Positions 53,116 through 64,000 of a stretch of DNA of 64,000 bases are shown here, in pieces. Position 1 is the stretch's first letter, and each line of letters begins with the position of its first letter. The DNA lies in NCBI RefSeq assembly GCF_044704955.1, contig NC_091999.1:47988001-48052000 (forward strand), given 5' to 3'. Both the position numbers and the translations under genes were made by a program. The notes under the pieces are model-generated. The model was not told the DNA's origin and ran no database searches. It saw nothing but the letters and a program-made list of their open reading frames with translations. Source of the stretch: Pristiophorus japonicus. Taxonomy: Eukaryota.

Positions 53116-53544
53116 TTCCTCATAATGGAGAACGGTTGGCAGTGATAACCCTACGCATTTCTGTCCGTATGGGCCATATGCATTCAGGTCACCTTTAAAG
53201 AGTTGAATCGTAAACGAAACTTACATTCTACAAATGCCCTCCCAGAGAGGAGGATGTCAATCATATATTTGGGTAGAACAAAACGACAATGATTTTACAT
53301 CAGAAATTGATATTGCCCGTGCATCACACATTCTGTATGTAGGTGCCCAACGGGCACAAAGCTCCAAATGTACCTGCAGATGCCGCGTGAACCCTCATCT
53401 CCTCTCTGTCAAAGATAATCTCTCCACCTGTCGTCTCTTTCTTGGCTTTCTATATGTGTATAACAGAAACATTGGAGCGCGTGTCTGTGTGTCAGTTAGG
53501 CCCCAGTTTTTGGGAATCATTCCAAGAGTTTGTGCTCTCTAGTG

Positions 53545-53850
53545 TGTCTGGAAGTGTTTGATGGGACAGTATAGAGTGAGCTTTAATCTGTATTTAACCC
53601 GTGCTGCTCCTGACCTGGGTGTGTTTGATGGGACGGTGTAGAGGGAGATTTATTCTATATTTAACCCGCGGTGTACCTGCCCTGGGAGGGTGTGGTGTGC
53701 AAGTGTAGATGGAGCTGTTCTCTGTATCTAACCCGTACTGCCCTGGGAGTTTTTGATGGGACAGTGCAGAGGGAGCTTTACTCTTTATCTAACCTGTGTT
53801 GTACCTGCCCTGAGAGTGTTTGTTAGGACAGTGTAGAGGGAGATTTGTTC
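53545..53850 (+). repeat. ~65-bp satellite-like repeat
   Basis: gtgtttgatgggacagtgtagagggagctttactctgtatctaacccgtgctgtacctgccctggga-like units. Confidence 0.85.
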
Positions 53851-54622
53851 TGACACATACTATACTGTATCGGACTATGGTGCATCAGAGGCCTGCTCTT
53901 TAATATAACCTGGCACGTGAAAGGCCATAATATTAGAGGAGACCGCCTGGTCACTGTGCAGTTATTCCGCATCTGGTGCATGATGTAACAAGGCAGGGGA
54001 AAATGTGCCGTCACTCTGATGGGACACTAGGTGGCGCAGTGGCTCCTTAACCGAAGGGACTTGGATTCAAACACATCAGGATAGGACGCGGGAAGAATAA
54101 ATTTCATGGAAATAAAACAACGTGTGATAGGGAAATAGAACAGTGTGAAGGAGCCTTGGAGTAAAGAGTTCAGCAAAGTCCAAATTATTCCATTTGCCAT
54201 TGCAGTTTTATTAACAATTTCACAGAGAGCAATTCACAGAGAAGGTTTTCAAAAGTTCACACAAATTGAATACAACAAATGAACGTCACATTAATACCAG
54301 AACACAGTCGGTCTGAGCTGCCAGCTATTTGTACAACTCTAACAGACATCAGGGAGAGAAACAGATGTTCAACACCAAGGGAAGTGAATAATTGTGAATC
54401 ATGAATGATAAAAGTGACTTATGTACACATGAGATATTCAAACAATTGTTTAACTCCGAGATACATTTACATTATAGCCACGGTTATCTCACACATTTCA
54501 AACAGAGAAATGAAAAAATTGAAGGCAATTTACTCCGGGAATCACCAAGAGGACATAATTTATTTTCAAGACACAGTTAACAACCAGAGGAGAAAAATCC
54601 CCGGCGGCCGAAATTCAGTCAA

Positions 54623-54631
54623 TCACTTGAC
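54623..54631 (-). pseudogene. IGHM: IgM TM2 exon, coding part (V-K-stop); 3' UTR extends to AATAAA at ~54207-54212
   Basis: Minus strand cttttacag|GTC AAG TGA. Confidence 0.85.
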
Positions 54632-54769
54632 CTGTAAAAGAGGGATAAAAGTTTGAAGCAGCGTTTTAGTGGTTTGGGGCATTAATTTCAGGGTTGTTAT
54701 CAATGAAACATTTAGAGATTTGTCAAACCTCTTCAATCAACTCGAACTGAGTGCATTGAATCTTCTCAC

Positions 54770-54897
54770 CTTCACCAGAGTGATGGCAGCGCTGTAGGAA
54801 ATGTTCAGGAAGATCAAAATGATGAATGTGGAAGCTGTTGTCCAGAAGTTGCTGCTCTCGTCCTCATACTCTTCACTCCAGATGTGGTCTGAGGAAT
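54770..54897 (-). pseudogene. IGHM: IgM transmembrane exon TM1 (open frame)
   Basis: ag|'DSSDHIWSEEYEDESSNFWTTASTFIILIFLNISYSAAITLVK'|gtgag; phase-1 start. Confidence 0.93.
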
Positions 54898-55519
54898 CTA
54901 CGGGATGTAGGGGAGGAAATATATTCAGATCGTTTGTTAACCCAAGATCTCATCTTATTATTACCAATTCTATTTTCTTTTTTTAAGGTGTTAGATTGTT
55001 CTCTATTTTAATGTTCAATGTATGTCCTGTGTTAAGTTAATCACGCTCAGTAATCTATCTGTGTTTCTAATTCCACAGTCGTTCTTTCTTTATGATCCTT
55101 CTATAGTCGGTTTTGGAAAATATGACAGTTTTCCTTCAATGTCACAGGCTAATTGATTTTGCATCAATTTCATAGGATTTACCATTCGGGAATAGTATGA
55201 TGTAATATCGGGGGAACTATACTGAATGATATCGATTAATTTAACAATAGCTTCAGATAGATAATTATTCGGAGACTGTCAAAGGGAGAGGGTAAGACAT
55301 CAGATGTGAGTTATAATCTGGATTAATTTGTGGTAGTCAAGGTTCTGAACATAATTAATTTGCATGAGTTTCCAACTAAGAACTTTGATTCAGTTTGCGT
55401 TCAGGACCAGAATATAGGAATGTTAGATATTATGGTATCAGAAATGATTTATTTAATACAATCGTTGCAGACTGTCTGTTCAAAGAATTTATTTTAATTC
55501 TATATTCGTCTGTTACCTG

Positions 55520-56165
55520 ACGTATTTTTTGCACTTTAGTGTTTCTGTTTGTGTGTATGACGATCTCTTCTTTTGGTGTTGTCTGTGTTTGTGTGTTGAT
55601 GTATGTTGATATGTAAGTTTGAATGTTTTAATGTGTCATTCCATATATTTATATTTATGTGTAAATGTTTGTATATTTTTGTAAGTTTGTGTATGTTTAC
55701 ATGTAAGCCTTTATGTGTATATATGCAATTGTTTGTGGTTATGTTTAAATATGTCTATTCTTTGTAAGTACGTTCATGTGCGTGTTTTAATGTGTTTGTG
55801 TATGGTTATGTGTACGTGTTGTGTATGTTTATGGGTAACAATGTGTGCATTTATGTGTAACTGTGTTTGTTCGCATGTAAATGTGTGTGTGTGTTATGCG
55901 TTAGTTAATTTGTGTTGAATATGTGTTTATGCAAATGAAAGTGTGTGTGTTTGTGTGTGTGTGTGTGTGTGTTAGTGCTTCTGTTTTATTTAAGGGTGTG
56001 TTTATTTTTGCTGTCATATTAATGGTGCTGTGGTTCTGACAATGACGGTGTGTATTATATGCTGGGTATGCGTAATATCTTGTGTCAGTGTGTCAATGTG
56101 TGTGTTTATGTGTAAGTCGCTGTGTGTGTATGTGTAAATCCGTGTTGTGTTTATGTGTAAGTGTG
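55520..56165 (+). repeat. TG-rich low-complexity tract
   Basis: Degenerate (tg/ta)n. Confidence 0.85.
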
Positions 56166-56289
56166 AACTTCCACAAAAACATACACTACTAACGTTTCCA
56201 CACATTCTTCCTCGCTCTGTGTAAATGTGTTCAGTGTGAGACACAATGTGACATCAGCTGACGGAATGCAACAAATGAATCGATGGGCA

Positions 56290-57285
56290 TCTCTCTCTGG
56301 TGACATTGAGGGGTACAATGATTTAGCAATTGCCCTTTGCCCTCTCGCTTGTGCGGAAGTCGGATACATTGGGTTAACAATTGCAGATTCCCCTCACTAT
56401 GCTGGGGTTGTGGGCGGGACAGTAAGTTAACAATTGCCCTTTCCCCTCTCTCTGGTGGGGGAGAGGGTTTACATCATCAAAGGCAGTCCCTCGCAATCAA
56501 GGAAGACTTGCTTCCACTCTTAGCCTGATTTCTTACGTGGCTGTACAGTCCAATAGGGAACCACAGTCTCTGTCACAGGTGGGGAAGACCGTGGTTGCGG
56601 GAAGGGGAAGATTTTACACGTTTGCCGCACGTTCCTTCCACTGCCTGCGCTTGATGTCTGAATGCTCTCGGCGACGAGACACGAGGGGCTCAGCGCCCTC
56701 CCGGATGTACTTCCTCCATTTAGGGCGGTCTTTGGCCAGGGACTCTCAAGTGTCAGTGGGGATGTCGCACTTTATCAGGGAGGCTTTGTGGTCCCTTATA
56801 ACGTTTCCCGTGCCCACCTTTGGCTCATTTGCCATGGGCGAGTTCCGAGTCGAGCGCTTGCTTTGGGAGTCTCGTGTCTGGCATGCAGACAATGTGGCCT
56901 GCCCAGAGCAGCTGATCAAGTGTGGTCAGTGCTTCGATGCTGGGATGTTGGCCTGCACGAGGACGCTAATTTTGGCTCGTCTGTCCTGCCAGGGAACTTG
57001 TAGAATCTTGCAGAGACGGAGTGAAGTTACAGTGCATTAACAATTGCCGTTTCCCCTCACTCTGGTGGGGCAGTGGGAGGTACAGTGGGTTCAGAATTGC
57101 CATTTCACCACTCTTTGGTATGGCAATGGGCTTACAGTGGGTGAATAACTGCCCTTTCATCTCTCTCTGGTGGTGCAGTGGGAGGTACAGTTGGTTCAGA
57201 ATTGCGCTTTCACCTCTCTGGTGGTGTAGTGGAAGGTACAGGGGGATAACAATTTCCATTTCACCTCTCTCTGGTGGGGCGATGG
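56290..57285 (+). repeat. ~45-58-bp minisatellite interrupted by a minus-strand RTE 3' fragment (~56470-57015)
   Basis: gaggtacagtgggttaacaattgccctttcccctctctctggtgg units on both sides; RTE 3' end aaggcagtccctc...gaagacttgcttccac in between. Confidence 0.8.
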
Positions 57286-57726
57286 GAGATTCAGTTCGTG
57301 TTCGTGCGTGGACCTCATTTCAGATCCCAGAGTGTGCGATGCTGCCAAATAAATTGTCCCCAAATCTGAAGGGATGGACAACACGAGAAACAATGGCACC
57401 GAGATATAAATGTACAGCATTTGTTTATCGGGAAATAGAACTATGCAGATTCTCCCAGTGGGACGAAAGTTGCTGAAATGACTTTGAGGTATCCTGTCAT
57501 TAAAGAGCTTCTCTTTCTCTCCAACCTGTGGTGCATATGAGCTGAGAGCGCTGAATGTACCAGCTTTGGCCACAAGTCCGACAAATATTCTGTTTCAGAT
57601 TAACAGCGCACCCCTTGGCTAAAATAGGAAACAAAATTAATTGAGCGGCTGTGTGTGTAACTCACGATTGGAAGAAAAGGCCTTTATTGTTTTTTACTTA
57701 AGAACTGAAAGGCAATCGAGAGATTC

Positions 57727-58117
57727 TCATTGATAAGAATTGATGTTGTCCATCAGAACAAGGGAAATATTCACAAAACAGGGTTTACCTCTGGATTTAT
57801 TGATGGTTCTGTTGGTGGTTTTCAAGGAAATCGCTCCATGTCCCACCACACAGGAGTAAGAGGCGCCGCGGGCCCACTCCTCGGCTGCAATGGATAGCAG
57901 GCTGTACATGAAGAATGATCAGCTGCCGTTCTCCGCCATCACCTCGGTGTTCTTGTAGTTGTCGGAACCACCGGGTTGTCCTTGACGGTCCATTTGACGA
58001 AGATCTCTCGGGGGGAGAAACCTCTCACTAAGCAGGTGCGGCTGACCAACCTCTGAGCAGAGACTTCTTCTGCCGAGGGCAGGAGGACAGACACGGCTGG
58101 TTCCCGTGGATCTTTCG
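57727..58117 (-). pseudogene. IGHM: IgM CH4 + secretory tail exon (frameshift and stop)
   Basis: '[49 protein letters not shown][fs][76 protein letters not shown]'. Internal donor g|gtaaac at 57789/57788; poly(A) signal ~57685. Confidence 0.96.
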
Positions 58118-58991
58118 CTGTAGAACAGTTACAATAAAGGCCAATGAACTGGGCAGTTCCAGAGACAATGGTGGGAGTTTTAATCTAATAAAGCAGGCGT
58201 ATTGAGGGTGTGGGGGTGATTAAATGGGTAAAAATCGGCATCCCGACATCAACCCGACCGAATAATATATTTATAGGACGCTGGCATCCTCTATTTTAAC
58301 CTCCATTCGGTTTTTAACTGTAGCTTGTCCGGCTTGACACACTGTGTAAATCGCAGCAGTTACAGCGATGCGGGGACGGCTGCACCCAGGTGGTTATTGC
58401 CCTTACACCTCCCTCCTGGATCCAGGGTCCCTGCCTAACCCACACCCCGCGATCCGAGAGCTCCTCCCTCGGATTCCAATCCTCCTCTGCTCCCGGGTGG
58501 CCTGTGAGACCACCACCACCAAATCGCCTTCTCTGTTTAAATTCGCCAAAGTCCCGTAGTTATACGCCAGAGAAATATGCTCTTCGTTGACATTTAACGC
58601 TTTATTATTTCCCCTCTGGGGCCTCTCTGGTTTACCATCCCGCAGCAGAGTGAACTTAATCTTTCTCTCTGAAATCTTGAAGGGTTGGACTTGAATTTAC
58701 TGCACAGATTTGGCCAACTGGTCTATGCTGGTGCGTATGTTCCACACATGCCTCCTCCTAGCTCACTTAATCTCATCCTAATAACATACCCTTCTATTCC
58801 TTTCTCGCTCATGGACTTATCGAGTTTCCCCTAAAATACATAACATCAGGTCCCAGTGTGCTGAGTTCGTGGAATTACCAAACTGAATGATCAGAGTAGC
58901 CCATTAAACACTCTAAATAATGAATTGGCCCTTGCACATGCAGCAGAAATAGTCACAGTATCTGACTTATTGCAACAATCTCCCCGCTAAC

Positions 58992-59298
58992 CCTTTTCCT
59001 TGTGGATGGAATCTCTGATAGGAGTCGGTATATCCTATGGCTCACCATCCAGTATAACTTATCCCCACTCAGCCAGTCTTGTGTCGAGATGTTTAAGTTG
59101 CTGATTACGCTGCTGGGATCCTCTCCGTGTTAGACGGCAATCTCTGATTTCAAAGCCTCCTTTTCTCAGGTCCAGGACACGGTGAGCCCATAAGGAGCAT
59201 CAGATACGACGCAGGTTAAGGTCACCGTCGCTGCAGTAATTCCTGTGCCAGTGACTGTGGGCGAAGAGTGATTTTTGAATCGCTGCATGGGACATCCA
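58992..59298 (-). pseudogene. IGHM: IgM CH3 exon (two stops, frameshifts, second Cys lost)
   Basis: 'DVPCSDSKITLRPQSLAQELL[fs][63 protein letters not shown][fs]DIPTPIRDSIHKEK'; AG/GT boundaries present. Confidence 0.95.
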
Positions 59299-60694
59299 CT
59301 GCAAAACAGGAATGAAAGTCAGGAAAAGCTGCATCTTCAGAATCCGGACACCAATTTTTAGCCTTAACTCGTTCAAGGGGGATAAATCACTTTTGAGATA
59401 TCAACCTCTTGCTGTTGCTTTAACACCGGCGTTAATCGAAGGACAATGTATTGGCAACGATTCCGGGAGATCTGTAACATTTCCTGTGTATTTGAAGCCA
59501 GAGCCACCTGTAATGGGCTGTGAAGCAAATAACCGGCGTAAAACGGGAATACATTGTGGTGCTATTGTGTTAGGCACTGAATAGCGCTCATCCTGAAATC
59601 CCTTGCTCCTTTACACCCATCTGTAGATCCTTGCATCCAAACGCATCTCCGCTGGTTATAATAGTGAAACCCAAATTGCCCGAAGGTCAAGAGGTCTACA
59701 CCAGCATTACTCTGGTTCAAAACAAGTGTCAAATTAATTTCAGGATTTATGGGACAACAGAAAACAATGTTATGTTTCTGGTCACTTGCTGTGATCTTTA
59801 TTGCGGTGAAAATATGCAGGAACCAGTCACAGCCCCCGTCAGAGGAGAAGTTCAAGGTCGGGAGAATGGAGTTCCAAAGGGTCTTTTGTGGTGGGGCATC
59901 AATTGTAATGATGTGACGTAGTTTGTTAATTTCTGTCATTACTGAACATTTAGCATGTCTGCTGAGAGAGAGGCAGAGTTAAATATGATCTCAGGGCATT
60001 AATAGCAACATAGGAACAGGAGGAGGCCATTCAGCCCATCCATCCTGTCCCGCAATCCAGTTAGATCAGGGCTGATCTACACTCAACACCATATTCACGC
60101 CTTAGTTCTGTAACCCTTGATAATCTTGCCGAACAAAAATCTATCAATCTCAGTTTTCAATTGAAACCAAGCTTCAGCAGCTTTTGGGGAGGGAAATCCA
60201 GACTTCCTGTGAAGAAATCCTTCCTGACATCATTTCCGCACGATCTCGCTCTAATTTTAAGATTCTGCTATTTGTTCTGGACTTTTCCATGAAAGGAAAT
60301 AATTGTTCTATAGCTACTTGATCAATTGTATTTATCTACTTGAACACCTCAATTGTATCACCTCTTAATATTCTCTATTCGTCTCCTCATCATTTTATTT
60401 TATTAGCTCCGGTATCATTCGGATAAACCTGCACTTTACCCCCTCCATGACCTGTATGTCCTTCCTGAGGTGCGGAGCCCAGAATTGGACTCAGTGCTCT
60501 GAATAGGGTAGATGCCCATTCCAACAGTGGGTTCCTGGACAGCTAGCAGTAAAGGGTTCCAAACTCTGACTGCCGCTCCGTATATGATCAGCCAACTCAG
60601 GATAAACCTGAGTATTAGGGCACGTCACTCACTGCCTGAAATCAGAGCAGGGGGAAAGCTTCGTTGGCGAGTTTATTAAATCCTGAACAATGAG

Positions 60695-61125
60695 GAATCC
60701 TGAACCAGAAGATCGTGGGTTGAAGTCTCACTCCAGATACTTGATCACAAAATGTAAGCTGAGTCTCCCAGTGCAGTACTGGGGGCGTGGTGCACTATCG
60801 GAGGTGCCGTCTTTCGGATCACGTGTTAAACCGAGGATCCGTCTGGCCTCTAAGGTGGACGTAAATGATTCCCTGGAACTATTTCAATGAAATGCCGAGG
60901 ACTTTTCCTTAGTGGCCTGGGAATATTTATAGCTCAAAAAACACCACGAAGCAAAATATAATCTGGTCATTATCACACTGCTGTTTGTGGGAGATTGCTG
61001 TGCACTAAATGATTGCTGCACGTTGTACATTACAACTGTGACCACATTTCAGCACTTAATTCATTGGCTGGCAAGCGATTTGGTTCAGACTAAGGTCGCT
61101 GAAGGCGCTGTTTCAAGGCAAGTTT
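60695..61125 (+). mobile_element. Deu-domain SINE (same insertion as 2515-2935 in the duplicated block)
   Basis: Same flanks (ttattaaatcctgaac.atgaggaatcc) and body. Confidence 0.75.
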
Positions 61126-61259
61126 GTAATCACAAGAATATACAAACTGCATGATTGGAAATAAGGAATAGTTCAGTGCTTTTTACTAATTTCAATAAAA
61201 GTCCTGACTGAGATCAGCGCTCAGAATGGTCTGTAACCTCCCGGGATTGTGCCTCTTAC

Positions 61260-61577
61260 CCTGAGATCTGGTGAAGTTACGGCTTTGCGTGACCACTTCA
61301 TGAGTGACCTGGCAGGTGTAGACCGAGCCGGTGAACCATTCCTCGGTGGGGACTGTCAGCCGACTGGCCGCCGAGAAGTTCCCGTTCACCTCAAACACGG
61401 GAGAGGTGACGGAGCCCGAATCCAGGAGTTGTCCACTCTCCAGCCAATTCACGGTCAGTGACTTTGGCCGGAATTCGATGATTGAACACACGGCGCTTGC
61501 ATATCTGCTGCTGGTGATTTGTTCAGTAGAACTCAGCGTGAGGAGAACAGTTGGAGGAATGATGTCGCGTTCAGGAT
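61260..61577 (-). CDS. IGHM: IgM CH2 exon, open reading frame, within an otherwise pseudogenised locus
   Basis: ag|'[106 protein letters not shown]'|gtaag; 318 bp; C1-set Cys/Trp/Cys intact. Confidence 0.9.
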
Positions 61578-61699
61578 CTTCAAAGAGAAGACAAATTATT
61601 GACATTGCTTGCAAAATCAATCATTAAGAAATGCAAAGTGTCCTTATATTTTAACAGGTTCCTCGCTGTCAGACTAACACTAACCTGGCATTTACAGAG

Positions 61700-62145
61700 A
61701 GCAGAACTGTGCACAGTCTTCTCAGTGTAATCTGCAGATCGGAACTGTGCATAATATTCTTAGTATGATCTGGAGACCAGAACGTTACACAGTATTCCAA
61801 GAGTGATTAGGAGACCAGAACTGTAAACAATATTCTTGGTATGATATGGAGACCTGAACTGTGGACAGTATTCTACATGTGATATGGAAACCAGAACTGT
61901 GCATAATATTCTAAGTATGATAGGGGACCAGAACTATACACAGTATTTTAATTATGATATGGGAGACCAGAACGGTGCACAGTATTTTAAGTGCGATAGG
62001 GAGACCAGAACTATCCACAGTACTCTAAGTGTGATATGGAGAACAGAACTGTACACAGCATTCTAAGTGTAATATGGAGACCAGAACTGTACACAGCACT
62101 CTAAGTGTCGTCTAACCAAATTTCTGTACAAGTTGAACATACCTT
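61700..62145. repeat. ~38-bp tandem array (~11 units) derived from antisense CR1 sequence
   Basis: ggagaccagaactgtacacagtattctaagtgtgatat units; the last unit runs into CR1-like gtctaaccaa...tacaagttgaacata. Confidence 0.88.
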
Positions 62146-62186
62146 CTCATCTTATCACAGTTTGCCCTGTATCCAACATCACTAAC

Positions 62187-62376
62187 CTGGCATTGCGATG
62201 GCCCAGACCGACACACCACGTCAAACCTCGCAGTAGATAGTGCTGCTGCACACCTCTGACTCGGTGATGGTTAACCGGCTCTTTATCTTTCTTCCACGAA
62301 AGGCTGGTGATTTTATCTTTCTTCCAGGAAAAGCTGGTAATTTTGGGGGAGTAGTCCATCGCCAAACAGCGGAAGC
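62187..62376 (-). pseudogene. IGHM: IgM CH1 exon remnant (5' part missing, 30-bp duplication, internal deletion, stop)
   Basis: 'FRCLAMDYSPKITSFSWKKDK ITSLSWKKDK EP[del/fs]LTITESEVCSSTIYCEV*RGVSVWAIAMP'|gttagt. Confidence 0.9.
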
Positions 62377-62950
62377 AGTTTCTCCCTACTCAGCGCACTA
62401 TGAGCTGGGCTCTATTCCATCCTATTGAATGGACGTCTCTTGAGTTTCCTCCTTCCTCCCACTCAATAAATAATCCGAATCAAATACCATTCCAAAATCC
62501 GGTTAATTGGAAGTTTCTCCTTAAAACGGTCCATTTCAATTCCCATTGTTGTTCTTGTTATATAACAATGACCTGGACTTGGTTATAGGGATTCCATCTC
62601 GAAGTTCGAAGATGAAGCAAAACCTGGCAACGTAGCCAATAGTGAGCATGATAGTAACAGACTTGAAGAGGAATCAGAGAGACGAGTGAAATGGGCCGGG
62701 ACATGGCAGTGCAATTTAATGCGGATAATTGAGAAGCGGTGTACTTTGGGTGGAACATGGAGAGGCAGTATCATCTAAATAGTATTGTTTTGAGGGGATA
62801 CAAAAACAAAAATATCTGGATATTGCCCCCGTTTCAATATTACTAAAAATGTTCGTAAATGCTCACTGAAAGACGATGTGTATGTGTTTTTATGTGGGGT
62901 TGGGGTTGAAGCCCAGATTCTCACAGAGACAGAATCCAGGTTCTCACGGG

Positions 62951-63031
62951 ACCAGGATAGCCGAGTGGGTGAGGCGTTGGCCTTAAAATTCAATGGTTTT
63001 TCCCGCGTGGGTTCGTACCCCACTCCTGGTA
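62951..63031 (+). tRNA. tRNA-Leu(TAA)-like gene, probably a pseudogene
   Basis: accaggatagccgagtgg..aggcgttgg.cTTAAaa..caatgg...ccgcgtgggttcgtaccccactcctggta; acceptor stem accagga/tcctggt intact; mismatches in the anticodon arm and T loop. Confidence 0.8.
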
Positions 63032-63740
63032 TCTCTTTAATTTTACACGGATTTCCTCCCATTCTGATCAGTGAGACCGGATTTTCATCGGTTGAATCAG
63101 CAATTTGCTGTAACAATGTGACACTCTGAACCGATAATGAAATGAAATTGTGAAATGTATCTGTGTCGTTCGGTCTCTGCCTCTCTCTCTCTCTTCAGAG
63201 AGTTTTGTATGTTTGTGTCTTTGTCTCTCTCAGTCTGACTCACTCTGTCTGTCCCTGTTTCTCTGTTTGTCTCTGTCTCTCAATCTGTCTCTTTCTCATG
63301 GTGCCACGTCTGTTCCAATGGGATTCTCTCAGACTCTTTGCCTGACTGGCTCTCTCTTTCCCATCATTTCGCTCTGTCCATGTCTTTGCCTGTCTCTGTT
63401 AGTCCCTGCCTGTAAGCTGAGAAGTATTTCCATCATTTTCTATTTTAGTCTCTATCGCTCTCTCTCTATCTGTCTCTTTCCTTGTCACTGTGTTTATCAC
63501 TGTCTTTCTCTCACTCTTTCCCTCTCTCTCTTAATAGATCACACACACACATCTCTGTATATGTATATGTTTGAGTCTTTTTCTCACTCAGTCTGCCTCT
63601 CCTGCTCAGTCTCACACTTTCTGTCTCTCGTTGTCTCTATCTCGCTGTCTGTCTCTCCCTGTTTGTCAATTTGTCTCTGTCTCTCAATGTGTCTGTCGAC
63701 TTATTTTCACAGCTCGATAACTGCTTTACCACAATCCGTA

Positions 63741-63813
63741 TTCTCATCCGCATAGTGGTGCGTATCCCTGCCTGTTACGTGGGAGAACCGGGTTCAATTC
63801 CCCAATAAACAAG
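63741..63813 (+). pseudogene. tRNA-Asp-derived pseudogene
   Basis: atagtggtgcgtatccctgcctgttacgtgggaga.ccgggttcaattcccc resembles tRNA-Asp(GTC); anticodon now GTT; acceptor stem broken. Confidence 0.75.
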
Positions 63814-64000
63814 CAGCTTTTTCAAAATGTCGAATTTTACTTCTGTTTCTTGGTATCGATTCATATTAAAAAGTTTCAGAGCAATATAGAACAGTAAAGA
63901 TACAGCAAGAGGAGATTGACTCTTCCAGATTTTTTGCAAACGGAGACTTTTTCAGGAATCTGTGGCCGTCTGCTGCACAGAGATGGATGACTGACTTTTT

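Noticed and set aside
61700-62145. CRISPR-like or class-switch-like array
   Set aside because: No unique spacers, eukaryotic context, CR1-derived sequence, and located in the CH1-CH2 intron rather than upstream of CH1.
63150-63755. 201-aa Leu/Ser/Cys-rich ORF
   Set aside because: Translation of CT-rich low-complexity sequence.

Overview
Repeat-rich vertebrate genomic DNA. The repeat families and immunoglobulin exons point to a cartilaginous fish (shark). Most of the window is decayed retroelements (CR1, L2, RTE, Gypsy, Penelope-like, Deu-domain SINEs), minisatellites and small segmental duplications. Among them are decayed genes that the ORF track mostly misses. (1) A minus-strand IgM heavy-chain constant locus (CH1-CH2-CH3-CH4/secretory tail-TM1-TM2, ~54.2-62.4 kb); CH1, CH3 and CH4 are disabled while CH2, TM1 and TM2 remain open with intact splice sites. 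(2) A second, more decayed IgM CH2 copy at ~3.2-3.5 kb, inside a ~2.4-kb block paralogous to 60.1-62.1 kb. (3) A plus-strand TCR alpha/delta-like V pseudo-segment with an exactly 23-bp-spacer RSS at ~51.0-51.3 kb, ~3 kb from the IgM 3' end. (4) A two-exon GPR139-like GPCR pseudogene. (5) A P2Y/LPAR-like GPCR pseudogene split by a CR1 insertion. (6) Degenerate tRNA-Leu and tRNA-Asp genes. No VH, D or JH segment was seen. The most notable feature is the physical juxtaposition of an IgM minilocus and a TCR-type V segment. All family assignments come from manual translation and recalled motifs, not database searches.
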